Assembly: GCA_028534125.1 (NCBI GenBank)
Contig: CM052816.1
Location: forward strand, 43,774,001-43,838,000
Source: Lama glama
Taxonomy: Eukaryota
DNA length: 64,000 nucleotides
Direction: 5' to 3'
The first letter of the stretch is position 1. Each line of letters begins with the position of its first letter. The notes under the pieces are model-generated. The model was not told the DNA's origin and made no database searches. It saw only the letters and a list, made by a program, of their open reading frames with translations. A program made the translations under genes and the position numbers. Positions 53,590 to 64,000 of the stretch are shown in pieces.

Positions 53590-56500
53590 ATGTAAGCTTT
53601 TAAGACCTTGTTTAATGTAGCAAAACATCTGCTTATCCTCAATCTTATTATTATACAGATGGTTATTTTAAACTCAGGATTTCTTTCTTTCTTTCTTTTA
53701 TATTTTGCTATGATTCATGAAAGACTATCTGAACTTAGGGCTCTCCCTCTCTTTCTCTCTCTTTGTATATATATATTCTAACTGGTGTTAAAAAAACTTT
53801 ATTTCTGGTACTTATTCGTAACAGCCCAAAAACTGCTATCTTATACCCTACTATAACATAATTGAAAAGTTGAACCTGTTCTGTTGGTGGTAGTGGGGTT
53901 TGGACAACTTTCCACAAGGTATTAGCTTTTCCACATTGCTGCAAAGTGAATAATCCTACGTAAACATTTCTTCAACTAAGTTTAAGGGAACATGCTACAA
54001 GATGTATCGTACTTTTGAAATTTTTCTTTAACACATATTTAAAGCCAAAGTCCCTTAATTCTAAGTAACACAAGATTTTAAAGAATACAGGGTATTTTTT
54101 TCAGTATTTGTTCAAATACATCAGCAAAATATAGGTGTCTAATCTTCAGACTAATACGATGTGGAGTTCCTCTGACATCCCCCAAATAGTATGTCTGAAA
54201 AGGCAAAACTCTCCTCTTTGTAAGGCTGGTTTTTTAAAACCAAAATATTTGGATGAAGAGAGGATTATCTTTAAAATATCAAAATGCAGTATTCCGTCCC
54301 TCTTCACCAACTTCATCAACACACGGTATATTTAAAAACTGTGCTTTGGGCCAAATTTGCTCTGCACCCACAGCAACAGATGGTTCCCGCACTGCCCGTC
54401 TCTCCCAGGTTCGGCCCTGATTCTCTTCTCAGGTTTCTCTCTCACAGCGCCTGGCGATGGGGCTGCTCGCCCAACGAGTGCAGAATGTGAAATAAAGATT
54501 CATCACTGTGTGATGAGCGAAAGAGGATTTTGCCTTTAGGCAGGTTGTTATTTTAAATGCAGTGCCAAAGGTATTATTTCATTTTACAGCGATACTTAAG
54601 CTCTAACATTTTGTCTTAAAACAAAAGAGATCATCGTCTAATGGCCATGGGATTGATCCCTACCACCAACAGAAATGCAAAGGCTACTCAGACGCTGCCA
54701 GAGGCAGTTGGGGATGCCAGGGGTGAATCTAGTGGGAAGTCTTTGTCTTAGAAGTATTAGAAGAACCATTTAGCATCAGACAAAGAACTGTGAAGATGAA
54801 CATTTACTTGCTGGCTTATCCATGACCTTTGCTTTTTACAACAAAAGTTATTTTGCATCTACCATACGTATGCCAGGGATTGCTTTTGGCTCTAGGAGTG
54901 TAACATAAAACAGACTGTCCTGGCCCTTAAGTACCTCAAAATCCTCTCTTCCTTCTTGACTGGCTTTTTAATTTTTTTAAAACACATTTTCAATTCATAT
55001 CTCTATAGTCATCACAAAGCGGTCCAAGACCTTAAAATGTGAGTAATTTACTTCAAGTCCTATAAATATCATGGTCTTGCAAGTAATAGCACTTACTGTA
55101 ATCATTAGAGAACCTAATTGTTTCCTCCACTAACTAGAATAGGAGTTGAAAAATCCCCTGATCTACTTAAAAAAAAAAAGAGTGTCAGTCCATATGTGCA
55201 CTCTTCTGTAGAAAGACCCACAGCTATTTTCTGTGTCTCAGAATTCCATAATCCAAAAGAGATTAAGAAACACTAAATTAGACTATACAGTTCTCAGAGC
55301 AGGGACTCCTCTCCAAAAATTGGAATGCCAATTTACTTATTTATCATGAGAAGTATAATTATAGAGAATACAGATTCCTGAGATCGTAGTTTACTGTGTT
55401 CTTGTACTGTACGCATATCAGCTAAGAAAGCTTAATTATAATTATCCTCCCTGTAAACTTTTGCATCCTCAGCAATCGCATTTCAAAGTCTTTCCTAACG
55501 ACTTAGATGAGACTTCTGATGTTTCTGTAGGCTCATCTCAAACTGTATTTCACTACCAGAATTGAAAAAATAGAATAAAATTCAAGTTGTCTTTAGAAGG
55601 TGGTCCTTTTTTTAATGCCCAAGAAATACTGGTCAGTACGATGAGAATGGAATTAAATAAAAACCTCCCTGGTCCATCATAAATTTATAACAGAAGTCAG
55701 AGTGTACTTTCACAGATTCATGTTTTTTCAGGAAGTGGTGCTTGGGAGCCCAAGATACATCGGAAAGCAAGACAGCAAGCCCTTTCGCTGACACATAAGC
55801 TCTGTGAGGGACAGGACAGTGTTCTGCTCAGTTTTTTAAGCTCAGTATCTTGCCCTGTATTTGGCACACGGTAGCACCGAAGTAAAATTTTTTTGACTTA
55901 CTGAATAAAATAATAAAGTTAGATCTTTTGAATAAAAAAAGGTAGGAATGGAGAGTTTGGGTGACTTTTAAGTTCCTACAGTGCAAAATGGGTATTCATT
56001 TGAAGGGGAATACACTTGCTAGGATGTCTTTATCCTCTTTATTTATTTTTAAAATACCTTTATTACTGTATGGTTCCTGTACAGTGACCTACACATATTT
56101 CAGATGTACAATTTGCACCTTCCCATAAGAATACAGCCTTGTCCCTCAAAAGAACTGTAGTATCAGTTGTTAAAGTTATTCTACTCCATGGACCCTGCAT
56201 GTAAACTTTACCCCCTATTTGCATTTCTTATCTGCATCTTCCTAGGGTTATAGGAACTTCTCAATAAGACCACAGGTGGATGTAACACAGTTCATCAAGA
56301 ATTTTTAAATTTACTGCTAATTTGATGCTTCAAAATAACAAAGTAATTGACAAGAGCAAGATTCTACTTTAAAGCAGTAATAACTAATCCAAACAGGTTA
56401 AGTGATTTCTTTTTAAAAGGTCATATGACTTAACAGAGCGAAGATTTGAACCCAGATCTTTGGATGTCAAGTGCAGTACTTTCTCTTACGTGAAGCCAAA

Positions 56501-56755
56501 ATTAATGTTAGTTAGATAAATGAGTATTTAAATGCAGTCACCAAAATACATCTACAGTTAAATGGATGTGGTGATTGAAAGCAAAGATTTGATGACTCTT
56601 CTATGAAATGGGGTGGAAGGGTGGTTGAGGGAGAGACCAAATATTACGCAGATAATAGACCATCCCACTCTAAAAGTCAAAAGCATCTTCTTACTTTCAG
56701 AACAACATTATCATAACTAATAAATCTAAAAAAAAAATCTCGACTATTATCTCAC

Positions 56756-57136
56756 GCCTGATCCATTTTTAATTCCCCATTATACCCAAAATGTGCTTTG
56801 CAACATCTAAACTCTCCCTCAGTAGGTTTTTGGTGACACTCTGATTTGCTGAACAGCCTTCTACTAGTAGTAGTAATTTCCCACGTTGGTGGGGAATATT
56901 CTGTTCCCCTGGGTCCTTGTGTGAAAGGGTTATTTTGAAGCTAATGAAATGATCTTTCAATAGCCGGATCAACCAGCCTTTTTTGTCAGATAAGGCAACA
57001 CTTTCATCCATGATAGGAGTGGGTCACTGAACAAAACAGAGCTTTGGGAATACAATGCCACCTGTCCTGATTTCTTATATTTTGTTCCTGAAAGGTGATT
57101 GTCCAAAGTGGCTGAAGACAGAGTTTGGGGACTTCA
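56756..57136 (-). pseudogene. Exon with end of CH1 and a CH2-like domain
   Basis: Acceptor ctgttttctgtaatctcag| and donor ggc|gtgaga. EVPKLCLQPLWTITFQ resembles the CH1 terminal helix (GNPKLTLGLIWTIILHF). After a frameshift, LSDKKGWLIRLLKDHF...LLRESLDVAKHILGI resembles CH2 (NLNTAFDVAEKYLDI). Confidence 0.7.
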
Positions 57137-57994
57137 CTGAGATTACAGAAAACAGGATGCATGACTGTTTCTGTGCCTCCTTTTTCATAATTATTTGATA
57201 TATGATAGATAGCAGTGTAAACTTGCTTTTAATACAGGTTTCCGCTTGGTAAAGAGGCTATGAAGGAAAAAAAAAAAAGAAAAGGAAACGAAGATTTGAT
57301 TTATTCATTCTATCTCAACCTTCTTTTAGTGTAGACAATAAATATTTGACTATGTCAATACCAAAATCCATACAGATGGTGCAAAGGAAACAAATAAGTG
57401 AATATAAAATTATTTCCAGACTTATTTTCAATGCCAACCAGTACCAGAATATTTTTGGTACGGTCAGACTAATGGAGCCTCTACAAGCAGTGTGTGGAGA
57501 TTGATAGATTCTGAGATATTGGCACATGTACATTTATAGCTATTGACAAAGCTTAACTCTTTTCAAGAACATTCCAACTAATATTGGCATTCTGTTTTAT
57601 CTGTTGACACTCAACATGATGTACTGGGAAAGACATTAAGACTTTCAGTGTTTGACTAAGCTTTACAGTCATTAATGTTTAATCACTTACAATTCAGTAA
57701 GCATTGTGCTTTCATTTTTTATGTGGCTTGTTTATCTATGTAAAGTAAATCAACAGTGCCTTCCTGATAGTCTCCCAGTATGTTTATAATCAGTACCATT
57801 TAGTGATCAGTGATGAATATGGATACAACAGCTATTTGGAATTACTTTATCATTCATACAGATTCTAAATTTAATTTCCCCTTCATACAAATTATAATAA
57901 AAGTAAATACCAGCCAAACTCTCCAAAGCTATGAACATCTTAGCGAGGGTGGGGGGTGGGGGACAAGGATAATATTATCCTTTTTTTCTAATGT

Positions 57995-58283
57995 ACTATT
58001 GAAAATCTATTGTACGATGACACACTCTGTCTATACTATAAATGAGAGAAACAGTTACATTCAAAAAATCTTGGATGAAAGAGACTTGTAGCCATTGAGA
58101 GGGGCAAAGTTCTGTAGTGCCCGTCCCTAAGGACAAGTACAACTCACTCCCTGGAAAAGATGCCCCAAGGAAACAACGGAGGGACCTTGAATCGTAGTTC
58201 TGCACATGCCACCGCGATGAATGCACACTATTGTATCATCATCTTCAGGGCACTGGTGAGAGACAAAGTGCACTTGGCCAAGG
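57995..58283 (-). pseudogene. Exon with N-terminal and middle part of a CH1-like domain
   Basis: Acceptor ttctttgtgtacccgtttccctag|. Across frameshifts it reads KMMIQ*CAFIA(W)..CRTTIQGPSVVSLGHLFQG..ELYL..SFIQDFLNVTVSL, resembling filamin CH1 (KIQQNTFTRW...LQTDLSDG..L...LENVSVAL). The 3' boundary is uncertain (alternative donor gga|gtgagt near 58147). Confidence 0.55.
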
Positions 58284-58861
58284 CTAGGGAAACGGGTACA
58301 CAAAGAACGCAATTCAAGCAAAGAAGAGCGGGTAGAGGACACATTTGTGGAATTTTAACAGACTCCTGGCATTCGTATTTACTTTTTGTTTACATTTGGG
58401 CTTTTACAGACACGCTGAAGTGATTTCGCTTGTCCTCTTTGTATATTGAAAAACTGGAAATGTCGATAAAAGCACAATTTGTTACTTAAGAGAATTTATT
58501 AACGTTCTTAGGAATATTTTTAAAAACTGGCTTCAAAGAGACTAAGAAGCAATTGAAAACTTCATATAACAAATAAAAATGTCATTTCCTTTTTACAGCT
58601 CTACGAGTGGAAAAATACAGTTCTCTTTTCTCCTTTCATGAAACTGGCCCAGAGTGTGAACAAACAGACCACAACCAGGCTGACAGACACTCAGTTATAC
58701 TTCATTGCCGTCAGAGACCCACATCATGTCAGATATCATATTCTCCATGCACCTGTTTATGACTGCAAGGAAAAGATTCTCCTGTGTAGTTTTCTCTTTG
58801 TTAAGTCTGCCTTCGTTCTTCATTCCGTACTGTGGAGTTTGAATACAGACTCATCTTTTAT

Positions 58862-59277
58862 TGACAATGCAAGTCATGATCACTGAGGAACATGGGAAGA
58901 TACAGCAATAAGCAGAGGTTCAGAAAATTGGATCTGTTGTAACTTTTGATAGAATAAGGCAAAAGGCTGAGGCCACACAGTGTGTGTGTGCTGACCTGAA
59001 GCGGGGCCGTAATGGAAATGGCCCTGGGCGAGTAGAGCTGTGGTCTCCTGCAGCCTGACCAGGTTGGGCAGGTGGCTGCTCTCTGGCCGGAGCTGTCCTG
59101 CTGCATCCAAATCAGCCCCAGTGCATAGGACCGTCTGGGGCGTCAGCTGCCAAGGTCCAGCATAAGTTCTGTTCTTGGAGGCTATCCTCTGGGCTCCCGG
59201 GCTGATTTTCTAAGGGCGCTGGTAAGTGGCAGTGCCTCACCTCCCATGTTCCTCAGTGATCATGACTTGCATTGTCA
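58862..59277. repeat. Perfect 36-bp inverted repeat (58862-58897 and 59242-59277), 344-bp spacer
   Basis: tgacaatgcaagtcatgatcactgaggaacatggga and its exact reverse complement. Confidence 0.97.
58996..59218 (-). pseudogene. Candidate GC-rich exon inside the inverted repeat
   Basis: Donor cag|gtcagc. One frame is open for about 70 codons (KISPGAQRIASK...LLAQGHFHYGPAS) and ends in phase 1, compatible with the next candidate exon. Acceptor is poor. Confidence 0.35.
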
Positions 59278-59376
59278 TGTCAAAAGCTGCTGCTTTGCAA
59301 GTGCGTGTTTCTGAGGCACGTCTATCACTCCTGATGTATGCTGGTCTGGATTAATTCTTTTTGCTTCCCACTGAGT

Positions 59377-59505
59377 CAGTGAGTCTCAAATTTGTGTGCA
59401 TCAGCAGTTCCTGGGGGTTGGTTATAAATTCAGATTTCTAGGCTCAAATAGGTCTGGAGGGGACCCCAGGTCATCACTGGGTCTCGTTTTTAGAAATCAC
59501 TACTA
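59377..59505. mobile_element. MER5-like hAT element
   Basis: cagtgagtctcaaatttgtgtgcatcag...tttagaaatcact. Confidence 0.55.
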
Positions 59506-62119
59506 TATCAATTGGGATAAAGAAACAAAGATTTCTCTTAGATTTTTCATTTCTAATGAATTTGTAAAAATTCATCATCTAAAATATTTGAAAATAACCC
59601 AAATTATATAATTAAATCTTCACTCAAAATAAACTAAAAGACTGATAGAAGTCACATTAAATTAATTTTCTTCTGCATAATGATAAAGTTGTGGAGCACT
59701 TCTCTTTATTATGTAGAGAAGACTGATTTGGTAAGAGACATACATTTATGAGAGAGCTGAAACTCCCTAAGAAAATATTTTATGCCACCAGGTCATGGTT
59801 ATTTCACTAATCACTCAGCACTGATGAGTGATTTTTTTTCCTTTTTTCTTGTTCATCTGCAAAGCTACTACAGAGTTTCACAGTTGATTTAATTTTTCTT
59901 TCACTAGTAGAGAAATTAAATATTTCTTATGCTAATTGGTCACTTACATTTCTGCTTCTTTAGATTCTGTTGCATATAATTTGCCCATTTTTTCTTTCCC
60001 ATAGAGGTGTTAGAGCTTTGACTGTTGGTCTGAAAGAGGTCTCAGCATATTAAGGATATTAACCCTCTATTATATTTATTGAAATTTTTTGTTACTCTTC
60101 GATTTTATCATTATAAAATTATAGCAGACATTGCTTAATAAACCAGATGAAGTCTTGGAATCATTTTCAGCATGTCATTCAGGCTGCAACTGTCAAGAGA
60201 CACAAACTGAAACCGCCTATTTACTATTCCTGTTACGTAGTTCTAATTTTTGTGTGATTTTTAAAAATTGGATTTTTGTAATTAAGCAGCATTTTTAAAA
60301 ATGTGCTTTGAAATAGTGTTGCTAGTTTGGGAATTATTTCTTTCCTGAAGTTTAAAGAACTCTCTGGAAAATTATTCTGACCCCGGAGTCTTGTAGGATA
60401 TAAATATTCTGTACCCAGTAATTCCAAGTAGCTGAAGACATTGCAGGTTTACTTCTGCAGTTTGTTGTGTTTGTTGACTGTTGTTTGCTTCTGCTTTTAC
60501 CAGGTCCAGGTTCCTGGGGTTACCATCCTGGGATTATTTTAAACTAATTTCACCTTCTTTTTTCTGTGTTCTAACAGAACACAGTTATTGACAGTTTGGG
60601 GGGGGGGTAACATAAAACTAAGTTAATCACGTGTAGAGATAAAAATTAAAATTCTCAGATTCAAAACTTAGAGCACAATTTCAGGTAAGTCGCTAGCCCT
60701 CTCTGTACATCTAGACATGCTGGCCTTTGTCTGTTTGTAAAGTAACTGGAATCCACATTAGCATCAAGGCCTGGCACTTCCTGTCTCTTCCTCTTAGAAC
60801 GATCGTCCCCTTGCCTGTGCTTGCGTTGTTCACCGTATCATTTCACTGAAGTCTCTGATCAAAGTTTACCTCCTTGGAGAGTTTTAAAAAGAACGTCTAT
60901 CCATGTAGCATTCTGTTTCATTTTTTAAAAGCTGTTCTTCATTACTTAACAATTCTTATATAATATGTACTTTATAACTCATTACATGCATTGGTTTATT
61001 TCTATATATGTGTTTCATGCATAGTGGTGTCCTCAGCTCCTCAAACATTTGTTAAATTAATGAAAAGACAAGTAAATCTAAAACAATAAAGTTAAATTCT
61101 ATATAGATCTCTTTTTAAGTAGTTTTTACCTTCAAATCTCACCAATATGAGATAACACCAGCAAGATAGGGGACTGAGCAATAGGTATGAACATTCTGAG
61201 CATAAATTTATCTTTGGGCCCGGAAACTCAACCAAGTTACGTATACTAACTTTAAAAAGCTAATAATATTGTCTTAATTTATTAACACTTACTTGATGTG
61301 ATCACCAAGATGGTTATTAGCCAATCATTCTTTCATTCTTCATATATATAAAATCTTCCTCACTTTGAGGCTCTGAGCACTGCCCATATACCTGCTAAAA
61401 GAGGCTATTGATTATACAATTATAGCCCAATTGTTGCTTTTGTTTAAAAAGAACTCCACTTCCCCCATTTCTTATTGATAGATGCTTTCTTGGCTAATTA
61501 ATTTCCCAGAAGTAGCTGAAAGGCAATACCTGACTCTGGGCTTCTGAGGCTACTCAAAGTCTTGCTTTACTAACTCTTTTTATGATTGGCTTTTAAAGCA
61601 CATCAAGTAGAAACTGATTTCCTAGAATTCCTTAATATCTAGATAATGGTGAAGTGGTTGTGTTTTCTGACAGTTTACTGTTTATCTTTGTTGTATGGGT
61701 GTGAGAAGTTGTGAATAAAAATATTGAAGAAATCATCTCTCACTCTCTAAATATACTTTATATATGTATACACACATATTTATTCCTGGTTCTGCCTTTT
61801 TATCAGATAATGAATGCTATTACTGTTCTAGTCGGTGAGCTCTATCTTTTCAACCTCCAGTTTGATTGCCTTTATTATTCATTTGATACTTAATTGTCTT
61901 GTGTTACATACATTTCCCATGTATCATTTTAACTAGACAGTTCTTTAGGGCAGACACCAAACCTTATTCTTCTTAATTAGTATCCCCCAGTGCCTAGTAC
62001 AACGTCTTAGACAGTGCCTGCCACGTGCTAGGCAGTAAACAATTTTCTCAAGAGTTTGACTTGTTTGAGTTTGATCTATAGTTTTATGTCCACATGACTC
62101 TACCATTATGCTACTGTGT

Positions 62120-62340
62120 ATAAGATTAAGGACTTGTTTTTGAGTGCTTACTCTCTTCCAGCGTTGTGCTAAATGCCTTCGATGCATTTCTTTTTTGACC
62201 TGAATCTCACGCTGACTTTATGATGTAGGGTCACTTTATAGGTGAAGAAACTGAGCCCTAGGGAGACCAGCGCTGATCACTTAGTCTGTGAGCCTTGGCC
62301 AGGCTCTGATTTGAATTCAAAGGCTAACTGGCTTCACTGG
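62120..62340 (-). mobile_element. MIR SINE
   Basis: ttttataggtgaagaaactgag...gatttgaattcaaaggctaactggcttca. Confidence 0.65.
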
Positions 62341-62762
62341 ACTGAATGTCCAGGTCATCTTCCTGAGCATGTGAATCCCGTGTCTCTAAAAAGAGAGTAG
62401 CTAGAAAATAAGGACCTTGACATGCTCCTTCTTTGCAGTGGGGACCACCAACTGTTTCTCCATCGTCTCCCTCCTTCTTTGCTTTCATGTGAAACAGAAA
62501 AAATACTGCTTCATATCTTCAGAATACCATGATACATAAATTAGGAAAATGAATAAAAAGTAAAGATACAAATAATAGTGTCACAAAGAACATTAATAAA
62601 AGCTGATTTGAAATTAAGTCTTTTCCCTGAACCCTGAGTGATAAAAGAGTAAGCGGATAGCTTCTGGTGGGCAGGTTAAAATCGTTTTGAAAGGATTTTG
62701 ATTAGAGTTTTACCCTGTTGGCCTTTTTCATGGAAATATTCACAAAATACATTATGTTGTCG

Positions 62763-62820
62763 GTTTTTATGGCTGAGTAGTATTCCATTGTATAAATATA
62801 CCACATCTTCTTTATCCAGT
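62763..62820 (-). mobile_element. Young L1 fragment running into the assembly gap
   Basis: tttttatggctgagtagtattccattgtataaatataccacatcttctttatccagt. Confidence 0.85.
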
Positions 62821-63320
62821 NNNNNNNNNNNNNNNNNNNNNNNNNNNNNNNNNNNNNNNNNNNNNNNNNNNNNNNNNNNNNNNNNNNNNNNNNNNNNNNN
62901 NNNNNNNNNNNNNNNNNNNNNNNNNNNNNNNNNNNNNNNNNNNNNNNNNNNNNNNNNNNNNNNNNNNNNNNNNNNNNNNNNNNNNNNNNNNNNNNNNNNN
63001 NNNNNNNNNNNNNNNNNNNNNNNNNNNNNNNNNNNNNNNNNNNNNNNNNNNNNNNNNNNNNNNNNNNNNNNNNNNNNNNNNNNNNNNNNNNNNNNNNNNN
63101 NNNNNNNNNNNNNNNNNNNNNNNNNNNNNNNNNNNNNNNNNNNNNNNNNNNNNNNNNNNNNNNNNNNNNNNNNNNNNNNNNNNNNNNNNNNNNNNNNNNN
63201 NNNNNNNNNNNNNNNNNNNNNNNNNNNNNNNNNNNNNNNNNNNNNNNNNNNNNNNNNNNNNNNNNNNNNNNNNNNNNNNNNNNNNNNNNNNNNNNNNNNN
63301 NNNNNNNNNNNNNNNNNNNN
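62821..63320. other. Assembly gap (500 N)
   Basis: Run of n. Confidence 1.
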
Positions 63321-63441
63321 CTCCCAGTTTTCCCTCCATAAGCATCCGTATCAGTCCTGGTATCGCAGCAGCAAGATATGCAAGCAGACCTATTAGTGAG
63401 GAGGAAAGCAGCGAGGGGCTGTTAGATCCAGGCTTGCCTAC

Positions 63442-63510
63442 TTAGCTTGAGATCTCTGTGGTTCTGTCGCTCTTCTGAACATAAATACTCTCCAAAGTGG
63501 TATTCAGAAA
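63442..63510 (-). pseudogene. Candidate exon
   Basis: Long polypyrimidine acceptor (cctcttttctcatggcag|) and possible donor ctaa|gtaggc. One frame reads SEYHFGEYLCSEERQNHRDLKL. Confidence 0.3.
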
Positions 63511-63679
63511 CTGCCATGAGAAAAGAGGCAATACAGACAAAGCAATTAAAAAATGGGGAAAAAAAAGTCATCCAGCTGAAAAATAGTCATCCAGTTGAGG
63601 CAATCAAAAGTTCCTGGCAGTTGGCTGTACTTATTAATTCTTTTCCTCTTGCCGATACTCAGAGTGGAAGCACGCACAC

Positions 63680-63891
63680 CAGGATGACAAGCTAAGTGAA
63701 AGCTTTCAACATCCCGGGCAGGCTCGGTTGTCATCCTGAGCATCCAGAGGTGCTGTCCTGGCTTGGGGCCCGGCCATGGACTACGAGAGAAGCATCACTG
63801 CTCCCATCTCTTTGTCACCGAAAAGTGGTCCTTGCCTTTGGCATTTCTCTTGACTTCAGCTTTTGCTTCAAGCAGCAGTGCAGTAACTGAA
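63680..63891 (-). pseudogene. Candidate exon (N-terminal region, domain unresolved)
   Basis: Strong acceptor ttttctttgtcattatttctatcag|. One frame reads SVTALLLEAKAEVKRNAKGKDHFSVTKRWEQ*. Donor weak (cctg|gtgtgc). Confidence 0.4.
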
Positions 63892-64000
63892 CTGATAGAA
63901 ATAATGACAAAGAAAAGCATGAAAATATTTGGTAAGACAACTCCTTCCACTGTAGTAAAAAGGAAAATTCTGCTTTGATCTCACAATTCATCTGCTCATT

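Larger units (their letters stand above)
5402..63891 (-). pseudogene. Eroded multi-exon gene encoding a multi-CH-domain, IQ-motif protein (candidate unitary pseudogene; the 5' end may lie beyond the window)
   Basis: Collinear minus-strand segments with AG/GT boundaries. Their translations match CH1/CH2 consensus pieces in the expected order (EVPKLCLQPLWTITFQ; SLDVAKHILGI; FQNVSMLLE...ILWYTVW; LTPKWQNQGKAFIAIL) and an IQ-like motif. Many in-frame stops and frameshifts. Several junctions are phase-compatible. Confidence 0.7.

Noticed and set aside
62698..63396. The two longest ORFs in the track (232 and 177 aa)
   Set aside because: Artefacts of translating through the N gap.
54290..63510. Protein-kinase reading (NHRDLKL at about 63.45 kb; GKILF...LFHILHSLG at about 54.5 kb)
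   Set aside because: No DFG, APE or VAIK motifs in order, and the intervening segments fit CH domains better. The 54.5 kb block lacks good splice sites, so it is not listed as an exon.
5402..63891. Assigning the CH relic to FLNA/B/C, ACTN, PLS, ASPM, CFAP47 or IQGAP
   Set aside because: Only motif-level similarity; domain number and intervening sequence do not match these genes as I recall them, so no symbol is given.
1..64000. CRISPR arrays, tRNA/rRNA genes, prokaryotic systems
   Set aside because: Mammalian DNA; no regularly spaced repeats or structural RNA genes recognised.

Overview
AT-rich mammalian genomic DNA. It is probably camelid, inferred from the style of the youngest L1 fragments and the absence of Alu, BovA or PRE1-type SINEs. 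The window carries MIR, L2, L1, MaLR LTR and DNA-transposon relics and a 500-N gap at 62821-63320. I can support no intact protein-coding gene. The main signal is a series of about 18 splice-site-bounded, protein-like segments on the minus strand between about 63.9 kb and 5.4 kb, most broken by stops and frameshifts. Their translations repeatedly resemble calponin-homology (CH) domains: about three CH1-CH2 tandems plus further CH-like units, followed by an IQ-like motif. I read this as an eroded multi-exon (possibly unitary) pseudogene with an architecture I cannot assign to a known mammalian gene. All domain calls are by-eye motif matches and need HMM or alignment confirmation. Also notable are a perfect 36-bp inverted repeat flanking one candidate exon, two inverted L1 insertions, and a cluster of HNF4/ONECUT/TCF motifs near 2.1-3.2 kb.
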